Positions 14,840 through 23,950 of a stretch of DNA of 25,788 nucleotides are shown in pieces. Numbering within the stretch: position 1 is the first letter of the stretch; each line of letters starts with the position of its first letter. The stretch is taken from the IMG/VR virus record IMGVR_UViG_3300020045_018756, positions 1-25,788 of that record; one strand, written 5' to 3'. The notes under the pieces are model-generated. The model was not told where the DNA came from and did no database searches. It saw only the letters and a program-made list of their open reading frames with translations. The position numbers and the translations under genes were made by a program. The DNA comes from a virus. Its lineage: Duplodnaviria > Caudoviricetes.

Positions 14840-16789
14840 TTAACGATATCCACGCCCAGGGCGGGAGCTTGTTTGTACCGGGGTTTTCCGGGTTCCAACA
14901 TAAACCAGTTCATCATTAAAATCAAAACCAGAGGTCACGCCTACAAGCTCTTGGTTTCCGGCAATACGTGCGGAGGTGTAGTTAATCGCCGCATCTTCCC
15001 CAGACACAACTTCGTCATACTGATTAACCGGGCTGGTGGAAGCGGAGTCATTAACACTTTGTCCAGCCCCACTTTTGTGGATATTAACCATCCCCTCCAC
15101 TGTTCCAACAGTGTTGCTCATAAGGAAAAGGTTGTTCAGCATTCGTTGGTAGGTCGGCTGATCTACGCTTGTTGATCGCCCGTAAATTGGCGTCTTACGC
15201 CTGGTCCAACCAGAGCTGGCAGTGGAGACGGCTACACGAAACCTATCGTGCCCATCATCCCTGAACAAACTCCCCCTAATTGTCATGGCATTGGTAGAGT
15301 TGTTATTGTTCCAATAAACTGCAAATCCTGCTACACAATCATGCCGAGTTCCGCAAAGCCTGGTATTTTGTACAGCAGCGGAAAAACTATGCGCACCATC
15401 ATCCCCGCCATGCACAGAGGCAATTATAGTAATATGATGGTCAATGTTTTGATTGTTCAAAGAGGTATTCGTGTCATTCCATGCCACGCAGGTGTCATCG
15501 TAATAAATTCCGCGCAATTGCACAGTTCCGACAATCTGGCTCTGCACTGTCTGCTGACTGACACGAATTGGTCCAATAGTGGAAACGCCAGGAATGGCCC
15601 AATTTAACCCTCGCTGATAATTCGGTCCTCCGGTGAGAACCCCCTTCCCATCGCTGGCATCATCGAGGATAATGTGGCAATTTCTGGGATAAACGTCCCC
15701 ATCCGGGGCACCAATGACGTTGGCCCTTTGGCACTGAATTTGCGCATGGCTAAAACCCGTGATCTTGGGGTTATAAATCCAAAGCCCATCCATCGACCCT
15801 TGATGATTTAAGCCATTCTGCGCAGCCAATTCCGATGTGGCAGTCGTTTTAAACTGCGTAGTTGGATTCCCTGCATGCAGGTCGGGGTCACGGATCACCG
15901 TGTTAACGGCAAAGGACGTAACGTGATCTTGCGTCGGCCGAACTGTCCAGGCATTTCCTCCGCTAGCCATTCTCGTTCTGGGCCGAATTAGGGTCACATT
16001 TTCAATCTGCTGCCCGTCGGCCGAAGTTTCAAAATTCATTGCCCCGCCAATGCTTTGAAAGGTATCAAAAGTCACATTCAAAGCATTCTGCACTTGCAAA
16101 GAAGTCCCACCTTCTTCACTCCACCCGATGAAACTAAAATAACCATATTTCGTCGCTGGGCTCTGGCCGACCGTTCCGGTTTTAAAGTACAGATAAAAGT
16201 TCGCTGCACTACCGGTCATGCAGAAATCGCCTTCATCGGTGATGTCTGAAAGACCATCACAAAACAATCCGGCAATTAGGTATTCACCAGTGTTATCCCC
16301 AAGCTGATGCCCGCCCCAACAACGAATCCGTGTTGGGCTATTGCCGGAAATATTGATAACAGCAGTCGTGCGATAAACATCTCCAGACCCTGCACTCCAA
16401 ACTCCGCCAGAAATTGAGCCTTGGGTAAAGTCACCGTTTGTCAAATAGGTATGCCCGTCAATGGTCGGGTACCATTCAGCGTACAGAGGCTCGGACGTAA
16501 CAATGTCTTCCCACCGCTTTATGGTGATACTGGCATAGCCACCGCCAATTCTCCCGGGGCTGGTCCACGTGTCAAAAGTTGTAGAAGTATTGTGAAAAAC
16601 ACAGGCCGGGTGAAACAGGAGTTCCAAGGCATCCCCGGCACCAGCGGCCGATTCGACCAAGGCTTCGACGCCAGAAAAGTCGGGATATGGGCTCACAGAA
16701 GTCCCAGCCCCGCCCCCAGCCGACACCGAACCATAAGGCAAAGTGGCCGCCGTGTTTGCAGTTTGATAATACCTACGAACAATTGCCAT
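14840..16789 (-). CDS. Putative tailspike/depolymerase (parallel beta-helix-like)
   Basis: 649 aa rich in G/S/T/N with alternating beta patterns (LQVQNALNVTFD, IENVTLI); N-terminal GAGT..SPY; lies in the tail module. Confidence 0.6.
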   Translation of the reverse strand: MAIVRRYYQTANTAATLPYGSVSAGGGAGTSVSPYPDFSGVEALVESAAGAGDALELLFHPACVFHNTSTTFDTWTSPGRIGGGYASITIKRWEDIVTSEPLYAEWYPTIDGHTYLTNGDFTQGSISGGVWSAGSGDVYRTTAVINISGNSPTRIRCWGGHQLGDNTGEYLIAGLFCDGLSDITDEGDFCMTGSAANFYLYFKTGTVGQSPATKYGYFSFIGWSEEGGTSLQVQNALNVTFDTFQSIGGAMNFETSADGQQIENVTLIRPRTRMASGGNAWTVRPTQDHVTSFAVNTVIRDPDLHAGNPTTQFKTTATSELAAQNGLNHQGSMDGLWIYNPKITGFSHAQIQCQRANVIGAPDGDVYPRNCHIILDDASDGKGVLTGGPNYQRGLNWAIPGVSTIGPIRVSQQTVQSQIVGTVQLRGIYYDDTCVAWNDTNTSLNNQNIDHHITIIASVHGGDDGAHSFSAAVQNTRLCGTRHDCVAGFAVYWNNNNSTNAMTIRGSLFRDDGHDRFRVAVSTASSGWTRRKTPIYGRSTSVDQPTYQRMLNNLFLMSNTVGTVEGMVNIHKSGAGQSVNDSASTSPVNQYDEVVSGEDAAINYTSARIAGNQELVGVTSGFDFNDELVYVGTRKTPVQTSSRPGRGYR

Positions 16790-16794
16790 GATGT

Positions 16795-17718
16795 TTACGG
16801 ATTGTGAACTTCAACGTAGAAATTGTGGCCTGTGCTTTGCGACCCGCCAACTCCACCTGCATCGAATTGCATGGTGACAGTAAAGGTTAGATCGGTTCCA
16901 GTCGCAATTGCCGTAGCCGTTGCACTGGCGCTGCTTGCTGTGGTACTGTATCCAGTAAAAGTGGTGACAGTCCTAAGGGAGCCCTCAGTCGGAATGGCTA
17001 TGCCAAGCATCCGTTCCATCGCATTCTGCGTAGCCGTAACCGCACCCGAAGTAAGCGTAGTTCCATTTACCTTAATCCGAGTAGTCTTTGCGTCAGCTTC
17101 TCCGATGTAATCAGAAAAAACATACACATTGATTCTGGAGGCATCAGCCCGCAGCCATTCAGGAACAACCCCAGTATAAGCCGTGAGTTCAGTAGTACCA
17201 GGGTTAACAGCAGACGCGTACGCCCCAAGTTGGGCCGCTTTGAACGAAGTCCCGCCGATCCCACGGAAATTTCCGCCAACATCATTCCATTCAAGTTCGA
17301 GCCCATTATTCAGGTCGGCAACATAGAATGTAGCGGAGACCGGGGTCCCCAGGGTGATTAGCGCAGCCCGCAGCGCCGACATTTGCGCGCTGAAAGTTTG
17401 AATCGCCCCGCCGCGAAGGAAGATGTTTGTGGTATCATCCCCGTAGCCAAATCCTTCTGAGTCATAAAGAATGACCGCTTCCAGGCCACCGGCTACCCAA
17501 TCACGAGTTTCAATTCTCCCACTGACATCATAGCCAAGGGTCCACGGAATGCCATCGACAGTTTCGGTTAAAACGCGAAACCCTCCGTTAACAGGGTCAA
17601 CTTCGTAGGTAACGGCAGTGCGGTCTGAACCGCCTCCGCCAGCATCAGAAGTGCCCCCGCCCCCGCCCCCGCCACTCGTTCCAGGCGGGTTATGCGTAGA
17701 AACAGCAACGCATTGCAT
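16795..17718 (-). CDS. Tail/receptor-binding accessory protein with Gly linker
   Basis: GGAGG RBS; N-terminal poly-Gly followed by Thr/Ala-rich beta domains. Confidence 0.65.
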   Translation of the reverse strand: MQCVAVSTHNPPGTSGGGGGGGTSDAGGGGSDRTAVTYEVDPVNGGFRVLTETVDGIPWTLGYDVSGRIETRDWVAGGLEAVILYDSEGFGYGDDTTNIFLRGGAIQTFSAQMSALRAALITLGTPVSATFYVADLNNGLELEWNDVGGNFRGIGGTSFKAAQLGAYASAVNPGTTELTAYTGVVPEWLRADASRINVYVFSDYIGEADAKTTRIKVNGTTLTSGAVTATQNAMERMLGIAIPTEGSLRTVTTFTGYSTTASSASATATAIATGTDLTFTVTMQFDAGGVGGSQSTGHNFYVEVHNP

Positions 17719-17719
17719 T

Positions 17720-17992
17720 TCAATCCCCTCCGTAATAGGAAACGTTCAAAGCCGCAGAGGCGGTTTGCTCGATGAACTTAAGACGAGTTAGGCTGCTTGC
17801 GGCGTATTGCAATTCAGCGCCAGCGGCAAGGGGATAGCCAATGGAAGCCGTAGGATCAGTCCCGTCATCCCGCCACCTAACCGCCTGCGTTTGCGGTGTG
17901 ACAATGGCAAAAGCCGTCCCAACCGGGATCGTCAGGGCAACCGCCGCAGACAAGTCGGTAATTTGTTGATAACCAAGCGAACGGGCAGACAT
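17720..17992 (-). CDS. Small beta-rich virion protein
   Basis: AAGGAG RBS; LGYQQIT...VRWRDDGT.PTA..G motif seen in podovirus tail modules. Confidence 0.75.
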   Translation of the reverse strand: MSARSLGYQQITDLSAAVALTIPVGTAFAIVTPQTQAVRWRDDGTDPTASIGYPLAAGAELQYAASSLTRLKFIEQTASAALNVSYYGGD

Positions 17993-18010
17993 GTTTTCTC
18001 CTTCGATAAA

Positions 18011-19138
18011 TTAGGTAGCAGACACCAAATGCCCGCTGAACGATTCGACAAGAGTTGCAAGGCCCCCGCCGACAGTGGTATAGATGGAAACGATATCCGA
18101 GGCAGCAAGCAAAACAGTGGCCCCGGCACCTGTTCGGACATTCAAACTTGACCCCGAAATAGCCGTTGCCCAGACATCAATAGCGGCCCCATTTACCCGC
18201 AAAGCGCCATTGACATATCCGCCGCCATTATTCGATTGGACGACAAAATCAAAGTGGTAATACCCGGCAACCGGAGCCGTGTAACGGCCAGTTGCGGCGT
18301 TAAAAGCCCCGGCAGGATCAAAAACTTCAGTGTAGGTTGTGGCTTCATTTGTCCCAGCAGACGATGTAGCACTGGAGCTTGCCCGAAATGGGCGCACAGC
18401 CTGCACCAAGCCTTCCGGGGTGAATTTAGCAACTTCCGCCCCATTACAAGCCACACCTATTTCATCACTACCGGCATAGAACAAACCGGAATCCGTCGAT
18501 GAGGAAAAATTCAACGACGGAGCCGCAGCGGAGCCGGTTGCTAATTCAATCGGGGTAAGCGCAACAGATTTTGTGTTGGCAACGACAAAGGATCGTACCC
18601 CTAAAACTGCAAAATCCATCGCACCCGCCCCTGAGCGGTAGATCCCAGTAGTTGGCTCTGCGGAGAAACTGAAACTCGGATCCCCAAGAGAACCGGCAGA
18701 TATTTCAATACCGGCAGAGGCTTCGATGTAGGTTAGGGCAACAACCTTTGTGTCCTTCACCGAAAGCGAACGAACACCCCCAGCGGTGAAGTCTAGTGAA
18801 TCTGCGCCTTCGCTGTAAATTCCGGTATTCGTATCCCCCGTGATGAACAAACTCGGCGCTGCCGAGGTTCCCAGGGCCAAACCCAACGAAGCACTGCTCT
18901 GCCCGAAAAGCAAATACTCCCCCGATGTACTCGCTGCAACCGCCCCCGTATGCTTAAACCCACCCATTGGCAAATTCGCAGTGGCGGCATTCTGCCCATT
19001 TTTCGTCAGGGCCACATTCAGCCCCGTTGAAATGTCGTTTAATGTGCCATTATAGCGGACAGAATCCACCAAATTCCCCGGGGCTTCGGGGAAGTATAAG
19101 GCGGGGAGGGAATAAACCCCTGAGCCGTTCCAGGACAT
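18011..19138 (-). CDS. Tail fibre protein with three internal repeats and a C1q-like C-terminal domain
   Basis: N-terminal M.WNGSG.YSLP...ND...GL...LTK.GQ...TANLPMGGFK.TG anchor; C-terminal FD..G.FN..TG.YTAPVAGYYHF. Confidence 0.8.
   Translation of the reverse strand: MSWNGSGVYSLPALYFPEAPGNLVDSVRYNGTLNDISTGLNVALTKNGQNAATANLPMGGFKHTGAVAASTSGEYLLFGQSSASLGLALGTSAAPSLFITGDTNTGIYSEGADSLDFTAGGVRSLSVKDTKVVALTYIEASAGIEISAGSLGDPSFSFSAEPTTGIYRSGAGAMDFAVLGVRSFVVANTKSVALTPIELATGSAAAPSLNFSSSTDSGLFYAGSDEIGVACNGAEVAKFTPEGLVQAVRPFRASSSATSSAGTNEATTYTEVFDPAGAFNAATGRYTAPVAGYYHFDFVVQSNNGGGYVNGALRVNGAAIDVWATAISGSSLNVRTGAGATVLLAASDIVSIYTTVGGGLATLVESFSGHLVSAT
18422..18871 (-). repeat. Three protein-level repeats (G[ST]...PS..F....[TS]G[IL][YF]..G...) in the tail fibre
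   Basis: GTSAAPSLFITGDTNTGIY / GSLGDPSFSFSAEPTTGIY / GSAAAPSLNFSSSTDSGLF. Confidence 0.85.
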
Positions 19139-19140
19139 GG

Positions 19141-20916
19141 TTATTGACCTTCCAGATTAGGAATAACTTGCTGCTGCCCGCCAGCGAAAGATTTGAGGCT
19201 AAGCATTAGTGCAATTTTTTCTTGAGGGGTAGCATTTTCAAGAAGCTTCGCAATTTTCACAGGGTCCTTTAGGTCTTGGGTGAGACTTTGGAGGGTGGCT
19301 TCACTAGCCTTCCCTTGCACACGTTCCAAGATTGCGCGGGCAATCATAATGGGGCGGGAAAGCATACCTGGGGGCTCAATGGGTTCAAAAGCATTCCCCA
19401 ATTTTTCCCGGGCAGAGGTTGTTCCCTTGCGAGCAAGGCTTTCCGCAATGCCTTGGCCTTGGAGATTTTTGTAAACCGAACCAAGATTCAGCATCTGCTC
19501 TGCTTCTAGTAGTTGCTCCAATTCCTTTGCCTGTCCGCCCCCAGCCTGTCGAATAGTGCTTGGCGCATCCCGCATAGCCCCAGCGAAAACCCCCGCCCGT
19601 TGCGAAGTGTCCAATGGGGCCTGAAGCTTATCTTCCAAATACTGTCCAACCCTCATTTGTGTAATGGGACGAGAAGCCGTTTCAAAGTTTGTCCGAGCCG
19701 TTTCATAGGTAGGATTCTTTGTTCCAAGCCAGGACATGAGCGCCTTTTGAGCTTGAAGGACCTCCCGCTTTTCAGTACCGGCAAGAGGGGTGTTGGTTTC
19801 TTTGGAAAGAAGCTTATCCAGGCCGAGTTTGGTATAATGCAGAAACTGCGTCAGATCGTCCTTGGGGTTAATCTTGTTCGCCTTCGCCAGGTCCAGGGCA
19901 GCCGGCAAAGCCTTTTGCACGTAGGGATTTTGGAAAAGTTGGGCAAGCGTCGGATCGGCGCGAATTTGCTGTTGAAAAGCCCCGGCATAATCGGCGTCAG
20001 ACTGCGCACGACGAGCGGCCAGGGCTTGTGCCAAAGCGGTTTTATCTTTCCCCACACTCTGCACAAGGGCCAAACGGGCTGCTTCATTCTGCTTGCCAAT
20101 TTCCCCGAAACCCGTGGGATCGTGCGAGCCAAGGAGTTTTTCTAGGGCCGGAATTTCCGCATTCCCCGTTGTTGCCGCCCTTTGTCCAGTAGTTGGATAG
20201 CCCCCGGGCATATCGTCCGAAGTGTTACGAAGAGCCTGAATCAAAGCCTGCTTTTTCCCCCCGGCCAGATCGGAAAGGAGGCGAGCCTTAATCGCTTCCA
20301 TACCCCCTTCAAACCAGGGCTCAGCGAGATTGTGTATACCACGGCCAAACAGTTGCCCAGCACCAAGCGCCATTTGTGGAGCAATCCCTCCGGCAATGCC
20401 AGCCGCCATTTGCCCCCAAACAGGGGCATTTTCTTGCTTTGCGCTTTCGGCCGCAGCCGCTCCGCCAGTAGCGGACAGAGCTTGCGCGCCAGGGTTTTGG
20501 GCCAAGGCGGCCAAGCCGGCCGGAGCATTTTTTGCAACCCCAGCAAGTCCACCAGCACCAAAGCCCGCAGAAGTTCCGGCTTGAACTACCTGCTCAATTT
20601 TATCCTGCGGGCGTGGAAAGCCTAGGGAATCCAGGGCAGAGTCGAGCGCCCCCGAGGTTTCTTTGAATCGAAACCCATCTGCGCCAACCGCATTGGCTGC
20701 AGTGTTATACAAACCCGTTACAGCATCCGCCATAACACCGGGAACCGCAGCAACACCTTTAACAGCCGCCCGTGCGGTCAGACCCAATTGGCGTCCAACA
20801 CTATTCGGGGCCTGTTCCGTCTTCGCTGCTTGCTCAAGCCAGGCCGCATGCTCTGGATTGTCCAAATCCAGTTCATACCGCTTGCCATTTGGCAATTCGT
20901 AGACTTTAGCGGCCAC
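19141..20916 (-). CDS. Internal virion / DNA ejection protein
   Basis: GTG at 20916 after GAGAGG; Ala/Gly-rich hydrophobic segment followed by a helical body; last of three ejection-type genes. Confidence 0.7.
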   Translation of the reverse strand: MAAKVYELPNGKRYELDLDNPEHAAWLEQAAKTEQAPNSVGRQLGLTARAAVKGVAAVPGVMADAVTGLYNTAANAVGADGFRFKETSGALDSALDSLGFPRPQDKIEQVVQAGTSAGFGAGGLAGVAKNAPAGLAALAQNPGAQALSATGGAAAAESAKQENAPVWGQMAAGIAGGIAPQMALGAGQLFGRGIHNLAEPWFEGGMEAIKARLLSDLAGGKKQALIQALRNTSDDMPGGYPTTGQRAATTGNAEIPALEKLLGSHDPTGFGEIGKQNEAARLALVQSVGKDKTALAQALAARRAQSDADYAGAFQQQIRADPTLAQLFQNPYVQKALPAALDLAKANKINPKDDLTQFLHYTKLGLDKLLSKETNTPLAGTEKREVLQAQKALMSWLGTKNPTYETARTNFETASRPITQMRVGQYLEDKLQAPLDTSQRAGVFAGAMRDAPSTIRQAGGGQAKELEQLLEAEQMLNLGSVYKNLQGQGIAESLARKGTTSAREKLGNAFEPIEPPGMLSRPIMIARAILERVQGKASEATLQSLTQDLKDPVKIAKLLENATPQEKIALMLSLKSFAGGQQQVIPNLEGQ

Positions 20917-22183
20917 TCGGAACCTCTCGAACACCTGGGGGAAGCTTAATAGCGGTTCCGGGAGGTTGGCCCGCAGGGGCAATAACTGGCGCAGTTTGCA
21001 TCGGAGGCACTTGAACATCGCCAAAATCGTAGGCGGTCATGTCTTCAGTTTTCAATGCACGATTGAGGGCTTCACGGGAAGTTTGATACTGCGCTTGCCT
21101 ACGCTTGGCAATAGTAACAAGAACGGATGAAAGTACCTTTCTCGCTTGCGGGCTTTGCTGAATCTGGGGCAAACTTTGTGCAATTTGCGCGGCTTCTTCT
21201 TTGGTTACCCCACGGTTTCCGCCGTATTGGCCGATGAGTTGCTGAACCGACTCTTGGGCAAGGGAGTTAAAGACTTGCGTATTTGCAAGCTTCGCTTCGT
21301 CCACAGGGAGACCGGCTTGACGAGCAAGGCCTGCAACAAAAACAATGGGATTCGCTGCGGGGCCTGAGACAATCCCGGCGTCGTCCAATGCGCCCATTTG
21401 GGTCAGTGTGGTAACAAGGGCTCCCGCAGAACGAGCAGATGCCCCCATTTCCTGATTGTCTTTAACAGCCGCTTTCGCCCATTCCTCAAAGCCAACCTTT
21501 TGGCCTGGAAGAGTCGGAGCAAAAGTGGAACTCTGATTGACATTCGTTTCCTTCGGGGCCCACTTCAGGTCTACTTTTCCATTTGGGCCATAGAGCAAAG
21601 CATAGCGGTCCTTGCCCGATTGCACAATTTCCGGGGCCTTAACTCCAGGGGACGTATAGCCTTGCGGGATAATCCCGCTTTGAATAATCCCCAACCCACC
21701 CTGCGCATCGGTGTCTTTTAGCAAACCGCCAGCAGCTAGAATTCTCGCTTGCTCTCTCGCAGCAAGTTTTTCTGCAATTTCCTGCTCTCTTTTCTGCTGT
21801 TCCAGGCCAAACGCACGCACTCCGCCACGACGAGAAGCCATAGCTTTGGAGATAGCAGAAGTCTTATCGGGATTGGAGACAAAATCTTGGTACTCCTTTT
21901 GCCTTTCCGCATCGTTTTGCATACGGACGGATTCAATCTCGGAACCTGCATAGGCGTTTTGGGAGCCAGCAATTGTCCCCGAAAGTGCCTGCGCCAAGGC
22001 CCCTAGGCCACCAGTTTTCACAGCAATCGGGGTTCCAGTGCCCCCGGGGACAAATTGAGTCGGCTGTCCCTGCATGAATTGCTGCTGCATCGCCTGGGCA
22101 ATGGCCTGCCTTCTCCGCGCATCTTCAATCTGAGCGAGATATTCTGGGGGCATGTCCCCAACTTCAAAGGCGGGATTAGCCAT
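20906..22183 (-). CDS. Internal virion / DNA ejection protein
   Basis: RRQAIAQAMQQ...GLGALAQAL pattern; helical; position in the operon. Confidence 0.7.
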   Translation of the reverse strand: MANPAFEVGDMPPEYLAQIEDARRRQAIAQAMQQQFMQGQPTQFVPGGTGTPIAVKTGGLGALAQALSGTIAGSQNAYAGSEIESVRMQNDAERQKEYQDFVSNPDKTSAISKAMASRRGGVRAFGLEQQKREQEIAEKLAAREQARILAAGGLLKDTDAQGGLGIIQSGIIPQGYTSPGVKAPEIVQSGKDRYALLYGPNGKVDLKWAPKETNVNQSSTFAPTLPGQKVGFEEWAKAAVKDNQEMGASARSAGALVTTLTQMGALDDAGIVSGPAANPIVFVAGLARQAGLPVDEAKLANTQVFNSLAQESVQQLIGQYGGNRGVTKEEAAQIAQSLPQIQQSPQARKVLSSVLVTIAKRRQAQYQTSREALNRALKTEDMTAYDFGDVQVPPMQTAPVIAPAGQPPGTAIKLPPGVREVPSGR

Positions 22184-23817
22184 TATTTGCCCATCCCTGT
22201 GAAGAGGTTATATTTGCCATTGGACAGGGTGCCGGCAAGGCCAAACAGGCTATTCGTGGTTTGGTTGTTTTGTGCAACCCCGGCATTATACTGTCCGAGA
22301 TTTGCATTGTAGCTATTCTGCGCCGTCCCCATGACATCAGGGGCGGATTGGTTCGGCGTTTGATATTGGGCATTTCCTTGCGGGGCATTGACCTGGGAAC
22401 CAGAGCGAAAGGCGTTTAGCTCATTCAGAGGCTGATTACGAAGCATCAATGCCTCACTAATACTCTGCTGCCTTGCCTGATTGCCAAACTGTGCATTTTG
22501 CAGCCCCGTGGTAAAACCCTGCGTGGTCGCAAAATCCCGGACACTCCCATAGCTGCGATTCTTCGCATCCATGAAATTTTCCATAGCCTGATTGTAGGCA
22601 GGGGTTCCGGGGACAAAACCCTGGGCGCCGAGGCGAGACTCCAAAGCCCTTTGATCCTGAGTAATTTGCGGATCAAGGTAGCGGGTCCCTTGGGAGTAAT
22701 AGGCATCGGCGACCGTTTGGTTGTAGTTTGGCATCCCGTTGGCGTCGGTCGTGCCGTAGTTCATGCCGGGGATATTGGAGACATCAACGGGGCCTTGCAG
22801 GCCACTTTGCGCGTTGTTCAAAAGCGCCTGGCTCATTCCCTGCTGGGTGTCGTAGAGGCCCTGCTGGGAATTGTTCAGGGAATTCGTCAAGGTCCATTGG
22901 CCGTTGGCGTCTTTGCTCCAAGTCTGCGAACCATCGGGGCCAATTTGGTTAACCCGGGAATCCTTTAGGAGTTTGTCATACAGGGCATTTTGGGCGACAG
23001 TTTGCTTATCGAGCAAAGCCGAATAATTCGGAGTGGACGGCATATCCGGGCCACCAAGGGCACTATTGGCAACCCCCAACCCAGCAGAGATTAGCGGGGC
23101 ATAATCGGCCAGCCCAGCCAGCCCCGAAAGCAAAGACGACCCAGCCACAGCAGAACCCCCACCTAATGCGGGGGCGGCAGCGCCAGCGACCCCTAAACCT
23201 GAACCCGTCCCGCCCAGCCCGGTGCTGAGAAGGGGGCCAGAGCCCCCGGTAATTGTGCCGGCGCCCCCTAAACCGGTGCCCAGCCCCGTTTGCGAAGCCA
23301 GCCCCAATTCGGGCAGACCGGCCGCACCGGAAATTGCGCCAGCGCTAACCCCAGACCCACCAAGACTGCCCCCGCCTACAAAACCTTGCGCCGCAGAGCC
23401 AAGAAGCCCCGTTGCGACCAAACCTGCCCCACCAACCAGAGCGGGAACGGCAAACTTAAGCGCAGAGCCAATCCGACTAGTTATGGACTTTTTATTCTGT
23501 TCCGAAACATCAGCAGCTGCAACATTATAATCGGCTACCGCAGGCCCGATTGCAGCGAAAACGGCATCCTGCATTCTTTTCGCGACAGCCGGCGGCATGG
23601 GGGGCGCTTGGTCCTGATCTTGCGGACCATACATTCTAGCCGCAGCTTGCCACTCTTGAAATTCAGGATCATTTTTTTGCGCATTCTGCCCCGCTTCTTG
23701 CATGAGCTTGATATAAGCTTTATAGCGGGTCGTCGTGTTTCCGCCCATCAGGTCTTTTTGAACCTGCGGGGGCAAAGCCGCCAGCCATTGCTGCATTTCG
23801 GGGGTCATTGTTGCCAT
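22183..23817 (-). CDS. Internal virion / DNA ejection (pilot-like) protein with long Gly-rich N-terminal extension
   Basis: P..PNY...RVNQ.GP.GS.TW...Q/N-rich...RNQPLNELNA..SGSQV...GL.GT core, preceded by about 130 aa of Gly/Ala/Leu. Confidence 0.75.
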   Translation of the reverse strand: MATMTPEMQQWLAALPPQVQKDLMGGNTTTRYKAYIKLMQEAGQNAQKNDPEFQEWQAAARMYGPQDQDQAPPMPPAVAKRMQDAVFAAIGPAVADYNVAAADVSEQNKKSITSRIGSALKFAVPALVGGAGLVATGLLGSAAQGFVGGGSLGGSGVSAGAISGAAGLPELGLASQTGLGTGLGGAGTITGGSGPLLSTGLGGTGSGLGVAGAAAPALGGGSAVAGSSLLSGLAGLADYAPLISAGLGVANSALGGPDMPSTPNYSALLDKQTVAQNALYDKLLKDSRVNQIGPDGSQTWSKDANGQWTLTNSLNNSQQGLYDTQQGMSQALLNNAQSGLQGPVDVSNIPGMNYGTTDANGMPNYNQTVADAYYSQGTRYLDPQITQDQRALESRLGAQGFVPGTPAYNQAMENFMDAKNRSYGSVRDFATTQGFTTGLQNAQFGNQARQQSISEALMLRNQPLNELNAFRSGSQVNAPQGNAQYQTPNQSAPDVMGTAQNSYNANLGQYNAGVAQNNQTTNSLFGLAGTLSNGKYNLFTGMGK

Positions 23818-23823
23818 TTTTTG

Positions 23824-23897
23824 CTCAAGAAAAAAGCCACAGATCGGGAAAACCTGGGGCTATTGCTGAGCCCAAGTTTCCCGAAGTGTGACTTCGA
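23824..23897 (-). promoter_or_regulatory. Long imperfect stem-loop in the leader of the ejection-protein genes
   Basis: Minus strand reads AAGTCACA-ct-TCGGGAAACTTGGGCT-cagcaat-AGCCCCAGGTTTTCCCGA-tc-TGTGGCTT, followed by Ts. Confidence 0.65.
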
Positions 23898-23906
23898 GTA
23901 AGGGGA

Positions 23907-23935
23907 AGTGTAGGGAAAAGGGGGGTTAAAAGCAA
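23907..23935 (-). promoter_or_regulatory. Candidate sigma70-type promoter
   Basis: TTGCTT, 17-nt spacer, TACACT on the minus strand within the intergenic gap. Confidence 0.55.
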
Positions 23936-23950
23936 CCAAAAGCGGTCGAT

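Noticed and set aside
17630-17675. GCCCCC tandem repeat as a contingency locus
   Set aside because: It is explained by poly-Gly linker codons.
20917-21024. Longer start for the 19141 gene
   Set aside because: It overlaps the upstream gene by more than 100 nt; GTG 20916 has a GAGAGG RBS.
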